A DNA stretch of 63,641 nt, filler included, from Octopus bimaculoides (taxonomy: Eukaryota): the NCBI RefSeq assembly GCF_001194135.2. It is 6 parts of 6 records of this genome, joined end to end, with 100 filler letters (N's around TTAATTAATTAA, not from the genome) between each part and the next. Parts side by side here need not be neighbours in the genome. Positions count along the whole stretch, not along the records: positions 35,533 to 58,889 come from NC_068989.1; 5 more parts are not named here. One strand, given 5' to 3'. Position numbers and translations under genes: made by a program. A model generated the notes under the pieces. That model saw nothing but the letters and a program-made list of their open reading frames with translations, made no database searches and was not told where the DNA came from. Positions 38,205 through 50,080 of the stretch are shown here, piece by piece. Positions within the stretch are counted from its first letter, which is position 1. Each line of letters opens with the position of its first letter.

Positions 38205-38564
38205 GTTACATTAATTCACAGCAGACAACATTATTAGTTGTACTTAAATTACATGTGTATAAAAAAGTTATAATTATGTTGTAACGACATGAACATATTG
38301 TAACTGCTTGCAATATCGGTTAAGAAAACCGTTATATAGTAAAGTAACTAAGTAGAATTGTTAACCTAGGATATTAACCTAGGATGTTAAGTAGCGACAA
38401 GCATATGACGCTGTATATTCAATAAAAACCGTTGGAGGTTTGAAAAAAAAGTAAATAAAACGAAGAAAGAAAAATTATCTATTATGGACCTTACTAGAAA
38501 AATAAATATATAAATTGATGGTCAAAGAGAGGCAAATCTAGTAAATAATATTTTTTTGATTTAC

Positions 38565-39062
38565 ATAATTCACTCCATTGTGATTAATCATATCAAATAA
38601 TTATATTTATTTTAAAGTTTAGAATAGTTTTGAGACTTGATTTAAGGATATGTAAACAAGATAAATAAGAAAATATAAATTATGAATTATAAAATAAAAT
38701 AAATTAGGTCACATTCAAATTGCAACCATCAAAAATTTAAATATACATTAGATTAGCTTAGTAGTGGAATTCAAATACAATATTAATGAAGGAAGGGATT
38801 TAATCTAGCAAAATAATATTTACGATCTAAATAATTCACTCCATTGTGATTAACCCTATCAAATAATTATATTTATTTTAAAGTTTAAAATAGTTTTGAG
38901 ATATGATTTAAGGATATGTAATCAAGATAATTAAGAAATTATAAACTATAAAATAAAATAAATTAGGTCACGTTCAAATTGCAACAATCAAAAACTTAAA
39001 TATACATTACATTAACTTAGTAGTGAAATTAAATTACAATATTAATAAAGGAAGGGATTTAA
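38565..39062. repeat. Two diverged tandem copies (period about 266 bp) in the Penelope 3' region
   Basis: 38565-38803 and 38831-39062 both run ataattcactccattgtgatt...aattaggtcacNttcaaattgcaac...ggaagggatttaa. Confidence 0.9.
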
Positions 39063-39256
39063 CCAATAAGGCAAACAGTAAACAATTATTTCGATATCAT
39101 CTATACAAAAATTACATAGAATTATAAATGATACATCAAGTAACTAAGATCCAAACTTATAATTGTAAATATAGAAAAAGGTTATATGAAAATAAAGCTA
39201 AACCAAGTTAAATTAATATGCTAGTATGGAATTAACTAACACCCCAAAGTAGATTT

Positions 39257-41473
39257 TTAAATAGAGTATGCAAAGGTATGCCTCATCGCATGTTTACATC
39301 TGTAAGCTCTATATGTAATTTGGTCAACCAGGTCACCTTTGGAGAAAAGTATGAAATGCAATTCTAAATTACAGAGGGAACAAAATTCTTTGCCCTTGTC
39401 GTATGGAAATGGTTTTCCTGTAATTGACCATCCTAAAGAATACCCCTTATTTTGGTCTTTAAGATGCCAAATTAATTTGCTAAGCCCAGTGCTATTCTGC
39501 TTCTTTCTATCTCTAAATGTTGAATAATGATTCGATATTCTTTTTGAAATTTCAAGCGAAGATGATCCTATATATACCCTAACGTCATTGTTTGTTAATA
39601 CCTTACGCTGGTATACAGTATTTTTGGTCTTAACATTTACACTTAGGAATTTAATTCTGTTAGAATTTAATTCTGATATTACGATTCTGTTGTTATTATT
39701 AATATTCGTATTATTGTTTTTGTTGACATTTAAATTATCTATAACAGTGTCACCCAGAAAATTAAGATTATTACCTATATTCCTATTATTAGACTCTTCA
39801 ATAAAGTTAGAGCTTAATAGTTTAAAGTTATGCGAGGCAATAAGTTGTGTTAAATTCTTTGTATTTGAAAATCCAAACCTTACCTTATGTGCGTTTATGA
39901 TTTTATAGTAATGCGAATTTTTGGGAAAATTTCTACTAACCACATTCCTGAACTGGGTAATTAAGTTAGACTTAATTTGTTTCCTAAATGAAATTACAAA
40001 CCATATATTATCCTCATTTTTAGTATTATAATTATTACTACTATTCCTAAAGAATTTTAATCTACTGCTGTTACAATTAGGTTCATGTTTAGGGTATTGT
40101 GGTTTACCTCTATTCTTTCTTACGGCGTTAAAATTATTATTATTAATATTGTTAATTTTTTCACCTGCCTGAGGGGAATCAGAGTCTGGTTTAATATAGT
40201 ATACCTTATCTTTATAACCCGCTCTAGATAAGGTAGAGTTATAGAACTTTGCCTCATTTTCGAAAACATTGGCGTTTGCCAATAGGTTAGATAATCTTAG
40301 CGATATATTCTTTACCAAATTATCTGTTATTGATCTAGGGTGATTACTAAACTTACTGATGTACTTCAGGTTACTAGAAGGCTTATGGTATGGTCTATAT
40401 GTCATATTATGTAGGTCTAATGTTACGTCTAAAAAATTAGCTAATGATATATTATCCTAAAATATTATATGCATTCCCATTCTGCGAAAAAACCTGGCTA
40501 ATCTATTCTTAACCTTTTGTACTTGTTGGCTAGAGCTATTCCTAAGATATAACAGACAATCATCCCTATATAGACTCCCCCCTAATATTTGGGAATTGAT
40601 CTTCCATTTCATTAAGGATGAAGGAACATACAATGTCAGCTATCTGTGCTGAATCAGAACTCCCCATAGGGACATCAAATGCATCCGGGGTATCTTTACG
40701 AATCCAAATTTTATTATTGAACTTAATAAATGATTTTCTAGCCGCTAATATAACATTAATCTCATCCCTTGTAAGTCCCACCTTATTATGTACAAACTAC
40801 AATGCTTTGTTAAGTATGATAGGATTAATAGATGAGTAAAAATTTGCAATATCAAATTGAATAAATTTCTTATTTTCCTTGTCCTTAATCAATTTGAACC
40901 ATTCTATAACTTGTATAGAGTTAGACCATAAATAAAGTTTTAATTTCTTTACTATTGTAGGGATATATTTATATAAAATATTCTTACTAAGTGTCCCTAT
41001 ATCCGACTTAGTCGGGCAAATGAGTCTTAAGGAAGGATCTGTCCAAAAATTACTTTTGTGATCTTTAAGGATAAATCGCGCGGTTCCCTAGGTACTAGAG
41101 ATTCAGTTCTGTTCAATAGGTTAAACCTATTCATTAACTTTTTAGCTTCTAAATTTGCTTTTCTGAGCATATTCTTATTTGTTATTTTGTAGTTTTTCTC
41201 GATTTCTATTTTAAGAAGGTCTAAATAATGTTTCTGTAGTTTATATATGTTTCCTGTTTTGTGAGATTTAACTAAAATTCCGTTCGTTCTGTTAATTTCC
41301 CTGGTTATCCTGTTTAGGTATTCCAAATGTTCGTTCCTTCTAAGTGACTTATTTATTTTAATGTTGTTAACAACTGTCCAAAGTTCATCTTCAAATTTAT
41401 CCAGCCTCGGATTATATGGAGGGCTTTTTCTAGATTTAAAAAGCTTCTTAAATTGTGAATTATCATCTGTCAT
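39257..41473 (-). pseudogene. Penelope/Poseidon-type RT and GIY-YIG endonuclease ORF with frameshifts and stops
   Basis: FKSRKSPPYNPRLDKFEDEL; VKSHKTGNIY; RLICPTKSDIG; KFIQFDIANFYSSI; FDVPMGSSDSAQIAD; LYRDDC; NFLDVTLDL...TYRPYHKP; TVYQ...YIGSS...KRISNHYSTF...TGLSKLIWHLK...CSLCNLE. Confidence 0.93.
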
Positions 41474-41702
41474 GTCTACTGTCTGTGAATATACAGTGTC
41501 GTTTGCTTGTTGCTACTTAACATCCTAGGTTAATATCCTAGGTTAACAATTCTACTTAGTTACTTTACCATATAACGGTTTTCTTAATCGATATTGCAAG
41601 CAGTTTCAATACGTTCATGTCGTTACAACATAATTATAACTTTTTTATACACATGTAATTTAAGTACAACTAATAATGTTGTCTGCTGTGAATTAATGTA
41701 AC

Positions 41703-41787
41703 TTGGCCCTGAAGAGATGCAAGGCTCTAATTTCTTATCTCAGACAAGAGTGAGTCGGGATCTTGCATTGAAATGTGCATAGGATAA
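41703..41787 (+). ncRNA. Type I hammerhead ribozyme candidate in the inverted 5' repeat
   Basis: CTGAAGA 41709-41715; GATGCAAG 41716-41723 pairs with CTTGCATT 41762-41769; GAAA 41770-41773; ATG/CAT helix III; H17 = A41781. Confidence 0.7.
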
Positions 41788-42112
41788 TAAACAAGTTCTA
41801 TTATTATAGGATTGCGTCGTAGCTCTTATTTAAATTGATATATATNNNNNNNNNNNNNNNNNNNNNNNNNNNNNNNNNNNNNNNNNNNNNNNNNNNNNNN
41901 NNNNNNNNNNNNNNNNNNNNNNNNNNNNNNNNNNNNNNNNNNNNNNNNNNNNNNNNNNNNNNNNNNNNNNNNNNNNNNNNNNNNNNNNNATATATATATA
42001 TATATATACTTCGTCATCATTTAGTATCCCGTATCCATGCTTGCGTGGGTTGGATGGCTTGACTAGGGTTGGTGGGGCTGCACCAGACCCTAGTCTGATT
42101 TGATATGTTTTC

Positions 42113-45100
42113 TGTTATATCCTTGAGTTTGGATATAGACTACACTGTAAGTGTTATAACACTACAAAAACTAAATCAGTAACTAGTACATAACAAACTT
42201 ATATCTCCTCTCAACGACTTCTACGACTGCCTTCACAAATGCAACTGCACACACCACACTGTACCTCGCACTGTGGGTATGCATGCATCTTTATAAGGTT
42301 TAGGACAGTTCACTTGTTATCCCACAGGGGTGTCAGGATTTCACCACAACATCTCCCCTTTTTGAGCTTGACTTTCCTTGGAAGTCAATATTTTTCTTTC
42401 ATTTATTATATATTTATTACCTACTCTTCCCATTTTTCTTTTGTTTTTACTTAATTCCACGGGAAGAAATTGGAATATTTTTTGTTTTGGCTCCACTTGC
42501 AAAAGTTATGTTTGTTTTCTTTTCCTAGTTGATGTACTTATTTGTTTGACTATTCCTTGAGGTAACAGGACATCAAAAATGTCATAAAGAAAATCCATTG
42601 GTTCTTCATGTCTTACTCTTTCTTCTGTAAACCATTTTTTCAATTGGTTTACATATCTTTTTTTTTCCCATGTATGACCTTTTACCATGTACGTTATTTT
42701 TCCTAAATGTTTACTTATACCTTCTTCCTAACTTTCCTTTCCATTTCTGTATATTTAAAAAAACAGCATGTTACCGATTTTGAAGTGTTTCTCTCCATTT
42801 TTTTCATTTCTTCCCAGTAGTAATTTGTCAAATACTGACCTGACTTTCCTGGCAAACATTAGTTCAGCCGGCAACACACCTGAAGTGGTGTTGGGGTTAG
42901 GGATTATTCGGTAGATACTTAAGAATTTCATCAATGCAGTATCAGCTAGTAGCTCATTCCTACATTTTTTCAGCGCCCTCTTAAACGTGTCTACAAAACG
43001 TTCCACTAGTCCATTCGATCTCTGATGATGTGGCAGAGTAGTAATATGCTCTATTGCTAGTATTTTGCAAAAGTTTTTAAATTCCTTCAACGTGAACTGT
43101 GTTCCGCTTTCAGACACTATAGTGTCTGGGACACCATGTCACGCAAAAAGTTCATCTAGAAATTCTATTGTTACTTTGGAGGTTGGCTTCTTACATTTAC
43201 ATATTTCCAGCCATTTCGTGTAACTATCCACAACTATTAGATAATACCCTCCATTTAACGGTTCTGCGAAGTCTATGTGTAATCGGGACCAAGGTGTGTC
43301 GGTCTTGGGCCAAGGCTGAATTTTTATAGGTGGTGCTTTTGCTGTCAGGTTACAACCTCTGCAGGCTTTCATGAGTTTTTCAATATCCTGATCCATATTC
43401 GGCCAGTAGATGTAGCTCCTTATCAGTGCTTTCATTCTCGCGATCCATGGATGTCCCCTGTGAAATTCATTTACCATACAATTTTGGAAAGAAACAAGTA
43501 TTACAACCCTCTGAGCATACATAAGTACGTCCTCACATATCAAATGCCATTTTGAAACTGTGTTACGCTCAGCTACATGAGTTTTTGCATTTGTTTCTGA
43601 CTTCACTGTTTTTTTCATTTTTATTATGAACACATCCTTCTCTGCTTTAATTTCTGTTTCCTTAAAGTGACAAGTAGTTCATGTTTCAGAGTATATTTTT
43701 TAATTTCGATTTCAGCTTTTATTGCCACTATTACTGTGTCCTCTAACGGTTCAGTGTATTTAGGTATCAATCTTGACAGCCCATCCGCATATCCCAGTTT
43801 TTTCGATGATAGAAATTCCATCTTAAAGTCATAATTTTAGCAGGGTCATTTCCTTGTGCTGCAATCAGTTGGCTGTATGTGCGGAGATACCCTTTTTCGA
43901 TCCATAAATTGACAACAGTCTGCAGTTTTTTCAATCGGCAACACTGTTTTAGGCTACCATTTTCATACTTGTGTTAAATTACTGCTCCTATACCATTTTT
44001 GCTCGCATCTGGTGTTACTACTATTTTAAAATTTGGATCAAAGTGCGGTAATGACAGTTCTGATGTTAAAACTTTTTTAATATCTTCGAACACTTTTTGG
44101 CACCTGCCCGACCAATACTATTTAATGTCTTTTTTTCAATAAGGTGTTTAGGGGTGCTCTTAGCACATGCATATTCGGTATATATGTTTGGTAATAGTTT
44201 GCAAGCCCCAAGAACGCTTGTAATGTTGTAATATTTTTCGGGGTGGCATATTTCTTATTGCAGTTGATCTTGAAGAATCTGGCCTGCAACCATTTTTATC
44301 GATAACTTGCTCTAGATACTTTATTTCTGGCATGAAAAATTTGCATTTTTCCTCGCTAAGTTTAAATCCAGACTCCTTTATTCTTTCAATAACCTTTTTA
44401 ACATGTTGCTCATGCTGGCCTCAAGACTCACTTTTTATGAGTATGTCATCCAAGTATGCTGGCCTCAAGACTCACTTTTTATGAATATGTCATCCAAGTA
44501 AGCTATAGCAAAATCTGTATCCACAAGAATAGTGTCCATCACCTGTTGGAAAATACTAGGTGTCACCTTTATCCCAAAAGGAAGTTGATTGAATTTATAT
44601 AAACCTTTATGGGTGTTTATTGTTAATAATTTTGAACATTCTTCCCGTAAATACGCCTCCAACAAGTCCAACTTTGAAAAAAATTTTCTTCCATTGAGTT
44701 TCACAAAAATTTCCTCCGGATTTGGTAATGGGTAATTGTATGTCATCAAACATTCGTTCAAGCCTGCTGAAAAGTCAGTGCATACTTGTATTTTATTATT
44801 TTTTTCCCTTTACATAAACAGTTGATGATACCCATTCTGAATAATCAGTTTTTTCTATAGCTCCAAGTTTTTCAAGTCTATCCAATTCCTCNNNNNNNNN
44901 NNNNNNNNNNNNNNNNNNNNNNNNNNNNNNNNNNNNNNNNNNNNNNNNNNNNNNNNNNNNNNNNNNNNNNNNNNNNNNNNNNNNNNNNNNNNNNNNNNNN
45001 NNNNNNNNNNNNNNNNNNNNNNNNNNNNNNNNNNNNNNNNNNNNNNNNNNNNNNNNNNNNNNNNNNNNNNNNGTTAAATAGTTCCAGCCAGTCTGTGCCA

Positions 45101-46534
45101 AAATAGGTTTGTTGTATTTTTTAATACAAAAACTTTGGCTTTCAAAGTTTTTCCACAAAATGTCATCTCACTTACCATTTCGCCCCAAAATCACAATTGT
45201 TTCCCTGAAACACCTCGCGCAATTTTCGAAGTTTTTTTCAATAGGCTTTCCTATTTTTCTCCATGTATCATCGTTAATTATCATGATATCACTACCTGTG
45301 TCCAACTGTAGTCTGGTATTCGCATTATTTATTTTTATGGAGACAAATTTTCTTTTTTGTGCTTCACTTTGCATTTGTATTGACAATACTTTCTTCTTGA
45401 ATTTTTTTCATTCGACCTTTTTTGTTTCACCCAACAATGTGAATTCTTATGTCCGATTTTTCCACATCCAAAACATTTTAGTTTTTAAAAGGACAGTTTC
45501 TTTTAAAATGTATTTCTCCATACCCATAGCTTGGTTTGGGTCTTGACTTGGTTTTCTTTTTTCTTATCTGTTACAGGTCAACACATAGGTATATTTGAAT
45601 AATCTTTTTCAATTTTTTCAGTGTCCTGTCATAAATTTATAATCCTTTGGCATTCTTCAATTGAATTAGCAACTCTGTCTGCTGAAAACGAACATGAAGT
45701 GTTTTTGGATTGCAACAATAATTCCAACAACTGTTGATTTGTTGTTGTTGTAGTTGCTGTTGCAACTGTACCACAGAAGCTAATAAGTCTTCTATGCTAA
45801 GAATGTCCACAGTGAGCTTTGACTTTCTCATCGTCACTCTTATATCCTTGAGTTTGGATATAGACTACACTGTAACAGTGTTATAACACTACAAAAACTA
45901 AATCAGTAACAAACACGTAACAAGCTTATATCTCTTCTCAACGACTTCTATGACTGCCTTCACAAATGCGACTGCACACACCACACTGTACTCTTTCTTT
46001 ATTAGGCACTACGGCCTGACACAGAGGGGCACACCACAAGGACAGACAATACAGTACAACACGTGAGGTACATTTAACAAATGATTGCATGAATTATTTA
46101 AATGAAAAGATGAAATGTCTCATGAGCCCCCCAAAGCTCGCAGTCTCATTTAACTGTTCTCTTATACATTTATTTTTTAAAGTTTATGATCTTTTTTATT
46201 TTACAATTGTTATATGTGGCAATAGATCCTCTGTCGTCACAACGTTTGGCAGATTATCATAGCTCACATGTAACCCACTTGCTGTGGATACATTTTGTGG
46301 ATACATCTCTCTAAGTCTCCACACCACCTCCTCCTCCTCCTCCACCAATGCAGCCTTCTCACCTTCTTCAAACATATCTGGATCTAATTTTACTCTTATT
46401 AGTCCTTTTATTTTTAATATCTTCTTCTCCATTTCTATATCTTTTTTATTACACTGTGGGTACACATGCGCTTTTATAAGGTTTGGGACAATTCACTTGC
46501 TATCCCACAGGGGTGTCCCGATTTCACCACAATA
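42113..46534 (-). mobile_element. Near-complete degenerate Ty3/Gypsy LTR retrotransposon
   Basis: 3' LTR 42113-42351 (TG...CA) preceded on the minus strand by PPT aaaaggggaga; 5' LTR about 45839-46534 (interrupted). Protease LQLDTGSD, RT FSKLDL...LPFGIK...AYLDDI, RNase H YADGLSRL, integrase FHRGHPWIARMKALIRSYIYWP and SNGLVERFV. Flanks ttttc/gtttc. Confidence 0.95.
45990..46452 (-). mobile_element. About 460-bp insertion within the Gypsy 5' LTR (retroposed fragment)
   Basis: Absent from the 3' LTR; ends on the minus strand in aataaagaaaga like the SINE tails; contains an open frame KKILKIKGLIRVKLDPDMFEEGEKAALVEEEEEVVWRL. Confidence 0.6.
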
Positions 46535-48768
46535 GTTTCTATGACTGGATGCCCTTCCTAATGCTAAACACTCCGAGAGTGTAATGGGTGCTTTTACATA
46601 CCACCGTCACAGTGTCAGTTTGCACGAGACCCCTGTCTGCTATGACTATGATTTCACTTGGCTTGATGGATCTTATTCTCAAGCACAGCATATTGCCAAA
46701 GGTCTTGGTTATTTGTCATTGCCCCATGAGGCCCAACTCTTGGAAGGTGCTTTTTATGTGCCACTGACATGGGTACTAGTTACACAACACCAGCATTCAT
46801 GACAGTTACATGACATTGACAACCACAGCTATGATTTCACTAGGTTCAAAGGGTCTTCTCAAGTATGGCATATTACCAAAAGTCTCGGTTACTAGTCATT
46901 GCCTCCGTGAGGCCCAACGTTTAAAGATCATGCTTCACCACCTCATCCCATGTCTTCCTCGGTCTACCTCTTCCACAGCTTCCTTTCACTGGTAGAGATC
47001 AGCACTTCTTCACACATCTGTCCACATCCATATGCATCACATGACCATATCAATGCAATTGTCTCTTATGCTCAGCCTTTCTCTAAACATGCTTACGCTC
47101 TGTTGTACATGCACACTGACATTACACATCTAGCGAAGCATACTAACTTCATTTCTTTCAGGCCTACACATGTCCTTGGCAATCACAGCCCATATTTCAC
47201 TGCCATGTAACATGGCTGTTTGTACACAGGCATCATACAATCTGCTTTTCACTCTGAGGGAAAGGCCCTTTGTTGCCAGCAGAGGTAGGAGCTCTTTGAA
47301 CTTTGTCCAACCTACTCTTATTCTAGCAGCCATGCACTCGGAGTATCCACCCCTGCTAGTGACTTGGTCACCTAGATAATGAAAGCTATCAACATCTTCT
47401 AGCTTTCCTCCTTAGCATTTGATGGAGTCTATTTTCTGCATGTTTTTATTGTACCTGTGCATACAAAAACAAGTTTCCCTGTTAATCTTCCTCTTATATT
47501 GCTGCACCTCTTATGTGTCCATAGCTTACACAGGGTACATCTTATGGAATTTCTAGCTACACCTTTCCTGCAGATCGAGCAGGATCATCGACCTGAAAGG
47601 ATTTGTGATTTGTCTGCTTTCTTACTTATTAAGACTTTGGTCTTTGCTAGGTTAACTCTAAGACCCTTCGATTCTAGACCTTACTTCCACACCTGAAACT
47701 TCTCTAGTTCTGGAAGTGATTCAGTTATAAGAACAAGGTCATCAGCATAAAGGCGCTCCCAGGGACAGCCGGTCTCAAAATCCTCTATTATTTCCTGGAG
47801 GACTATGATGAACAAGACAGGGCTGAGGATTGATCCTTGGTGAACCCCTACATGTACCCTGAATTCTTTACTATACTTATTGCCAACCCTCACCTTACTG
47901 ACAGCATTCATATACAGGACTTATACAGCTCTCACCAACCACTCACTTATCCTTAGTTTTCATATTGACCACTAGATAAGGGGTTGGGGGAGCCTGTCAA
48001 AGGCTTTCTCCATGTCAACAAAAGCCAAGTACAGAGGTTCTTTAGCTATGTATTATATTTCTCTTGCAGCTGTCTTACATGAAATATACCATCAGTGGTG
48101 CTTCTCCCAGGCACAAAAGCAAACTGCATTTCATCCAGACTAACTCTCTCCCTTATTAGTTGGGCTATGACCCTGTCCATGACTTTCATCACCTGATCCA
48201 ACAATCTGATACCCCTGCAATTATTTCTATCTAAGGTTTCACCTTTACCTTTGTAACAGTTGACTATAGTGCTGCTACACTAGTCATTGGGTATGACTCC
48301 TTTGTGTATCACCTGGTTAACTATATGGGTGACTAGCCCATAACCTACACTGCCAGATATTTTAAGCATCTCAGCAATGATTCTTGATGGGACAAGGGCT
48401 TGCTGTGTCTTCATGTTCTTAATTGCTTTATCTACCAAGCTACTGTCGATTAGGATAGCTGATCCCTCAGTTGGGTCAACATTCGGCAGACTCTCCTTCT
48501 TCCAAGCATTCTCTTCATTTAGTAGCCTTTCATAATGGCATTTCCAAGCCTCTTTCTTTGAAGAATCATTAATCATCCATGTGGACACATTTCTCTCCTA
48601 TGACATCACAATTTTCTCTTACACACTGTCTTGCAAGCCAAAACACTTCAAGTCTGTGGTCTTCATGTTGCAGAACATTAGCAAACTTCTTTTCTGCTAC
48701 TTCCCTGGCTAAATATACCTGCCTCCTAGCTTCCCTTCTGGCTATCTGATACAATTCCCTGCTACACA

Positions 48769-48835
<67 letters not shown>

Positions 48836-49011
48836 TCNNNNNNNNNNNNNNNNNNNNNNNNNNNNNNNNNNNNNNNNNNNNNNNNNNNNNNNNNNNNNNN
48901 NNNNNNNNNNNNNNNNNNNNNNNNNNNNNNNNNNNNNNNNNNNNNNNNNNNNNNNNNNNNNNNNNNNNNNNNNNNNNNNNNNNNNNNNNNNNNNNNNNNN
49001 NNNNNNNNNNN

Positions 49012-50080
49012 NGCTGCACCAGACTCCAGTCTAATCTGGTAGAATTTCTGTGGCTGGATGCCCTTCTTAACACCAACCACTTTATAGAGTGTGCTGGATG
49101 CTTTTATATGGTACTGCATGGGTGCCTTTTTGTGTCGCCATATCAGTATTTTTACATGTTGCTACACGGGTGCCTTTTTGTGTCACCACATAGGTGCTTT
49201 TCCATGTCGCTACACAGGCACTTTTATATGGCACCACCATGAATGATTAACACCACCAGAAGGATCAGTCTTAACACTTCTGCTGCAGGGTATGGGCCTT
49301 CTTGAGTACAGCCAAGTGCCCGGTATCTCAGTCCTTTGTCATCTTGCCTGAAAGGTTCAGCTTTCTGAGGTTGTTCTTCAGTACTTCATCCCATGCCTTC
49401 CTGGGTCTCCCACTTCCACATGTTCCATCCACTTTGAGAGATTGACACTTCTTTATGGAGCTATTGGCATCCATCCACATCACATGACCAAGCCAGCTTA
49501 GTCTTGCACACAGCAACTAGTTCTTCTTATGCCTAACTTCTTTTCAGAACACTGGCATTCTGTCAAGCATGTACACTTACATTACACATCCAGCGGAGCA
49601 TACTAACCTCATTCCCTGATTCCTTTCTAACCATCACATGTCCTCTGTATTCAGGGCCCATGTCTCACTACCATGTAAAATTGCTGTCTGTATACATGCA
49701 TCATACAATCTTGCTTTCACTCTAAGAGAGAAACCTTTCATGGCTGACACAGGTAATAACTCTCTGAATTTCCGCCATCCTATTCTTATTCTAGCTATCA
49801 CATTCTCTGTGCATCCTCCTCCACTACTAATTTGGTCCCCTAGGTAACAGAAATTATCCACTACCTCTAATGAGCCATCAGGGCATTTGAGAGAAACAAT
49901 TTCTTAAGTCTCTAAAGTTTTTAAGGATCCTGTGTATCTTCCACATATGAAAACTATCTTCTCTGATAACATTCAAATTAATCCACTGCACCTCTTGTGT
50001 GTCTATAGCTTGCACTGGGTACACCATATGGAGTTTCTGCCTACACCTTTCCTGCGGTGTGTGGGGTGATAGGGTCCTGT
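49012..50080 (-). mobile_element. RTE LINE 3' part
   Basis: DNFCYLGDQISSGGGC...ARLYDACIQTAILHGSETW; RLSWLGHVMWM...GRPRKAW; 3' UTR with about 25-bp repeats. Confidence 0.9.

Larger units (their letters stand above)
38069..41841 (-). mobile_element. Penelope-like retroelement (RT + GIY-YIG) bounded by about 355-bp inverted repeats
   Basis: 38069-38421 is the reverse complement of 41486-41841; a disrupted ORF lies between them. Confidence 0.93.
42008..48763 (-). mobile_element. RTE LINE (degenerate) whose 3' UTR is split by a Gypsy insertion; RTE parts at 42008-42112 and 46535-48763
   Basis: WKCHYERLLNEEN, GVHQGSILSPVLF, LYADDLV, ARIRVGWTKFKELLPLL. The UTR sequence agtctgatttg...tttc continues as gtttctatgactggatgcccttcc after the Gypsy. 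Confidence 0.9.
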
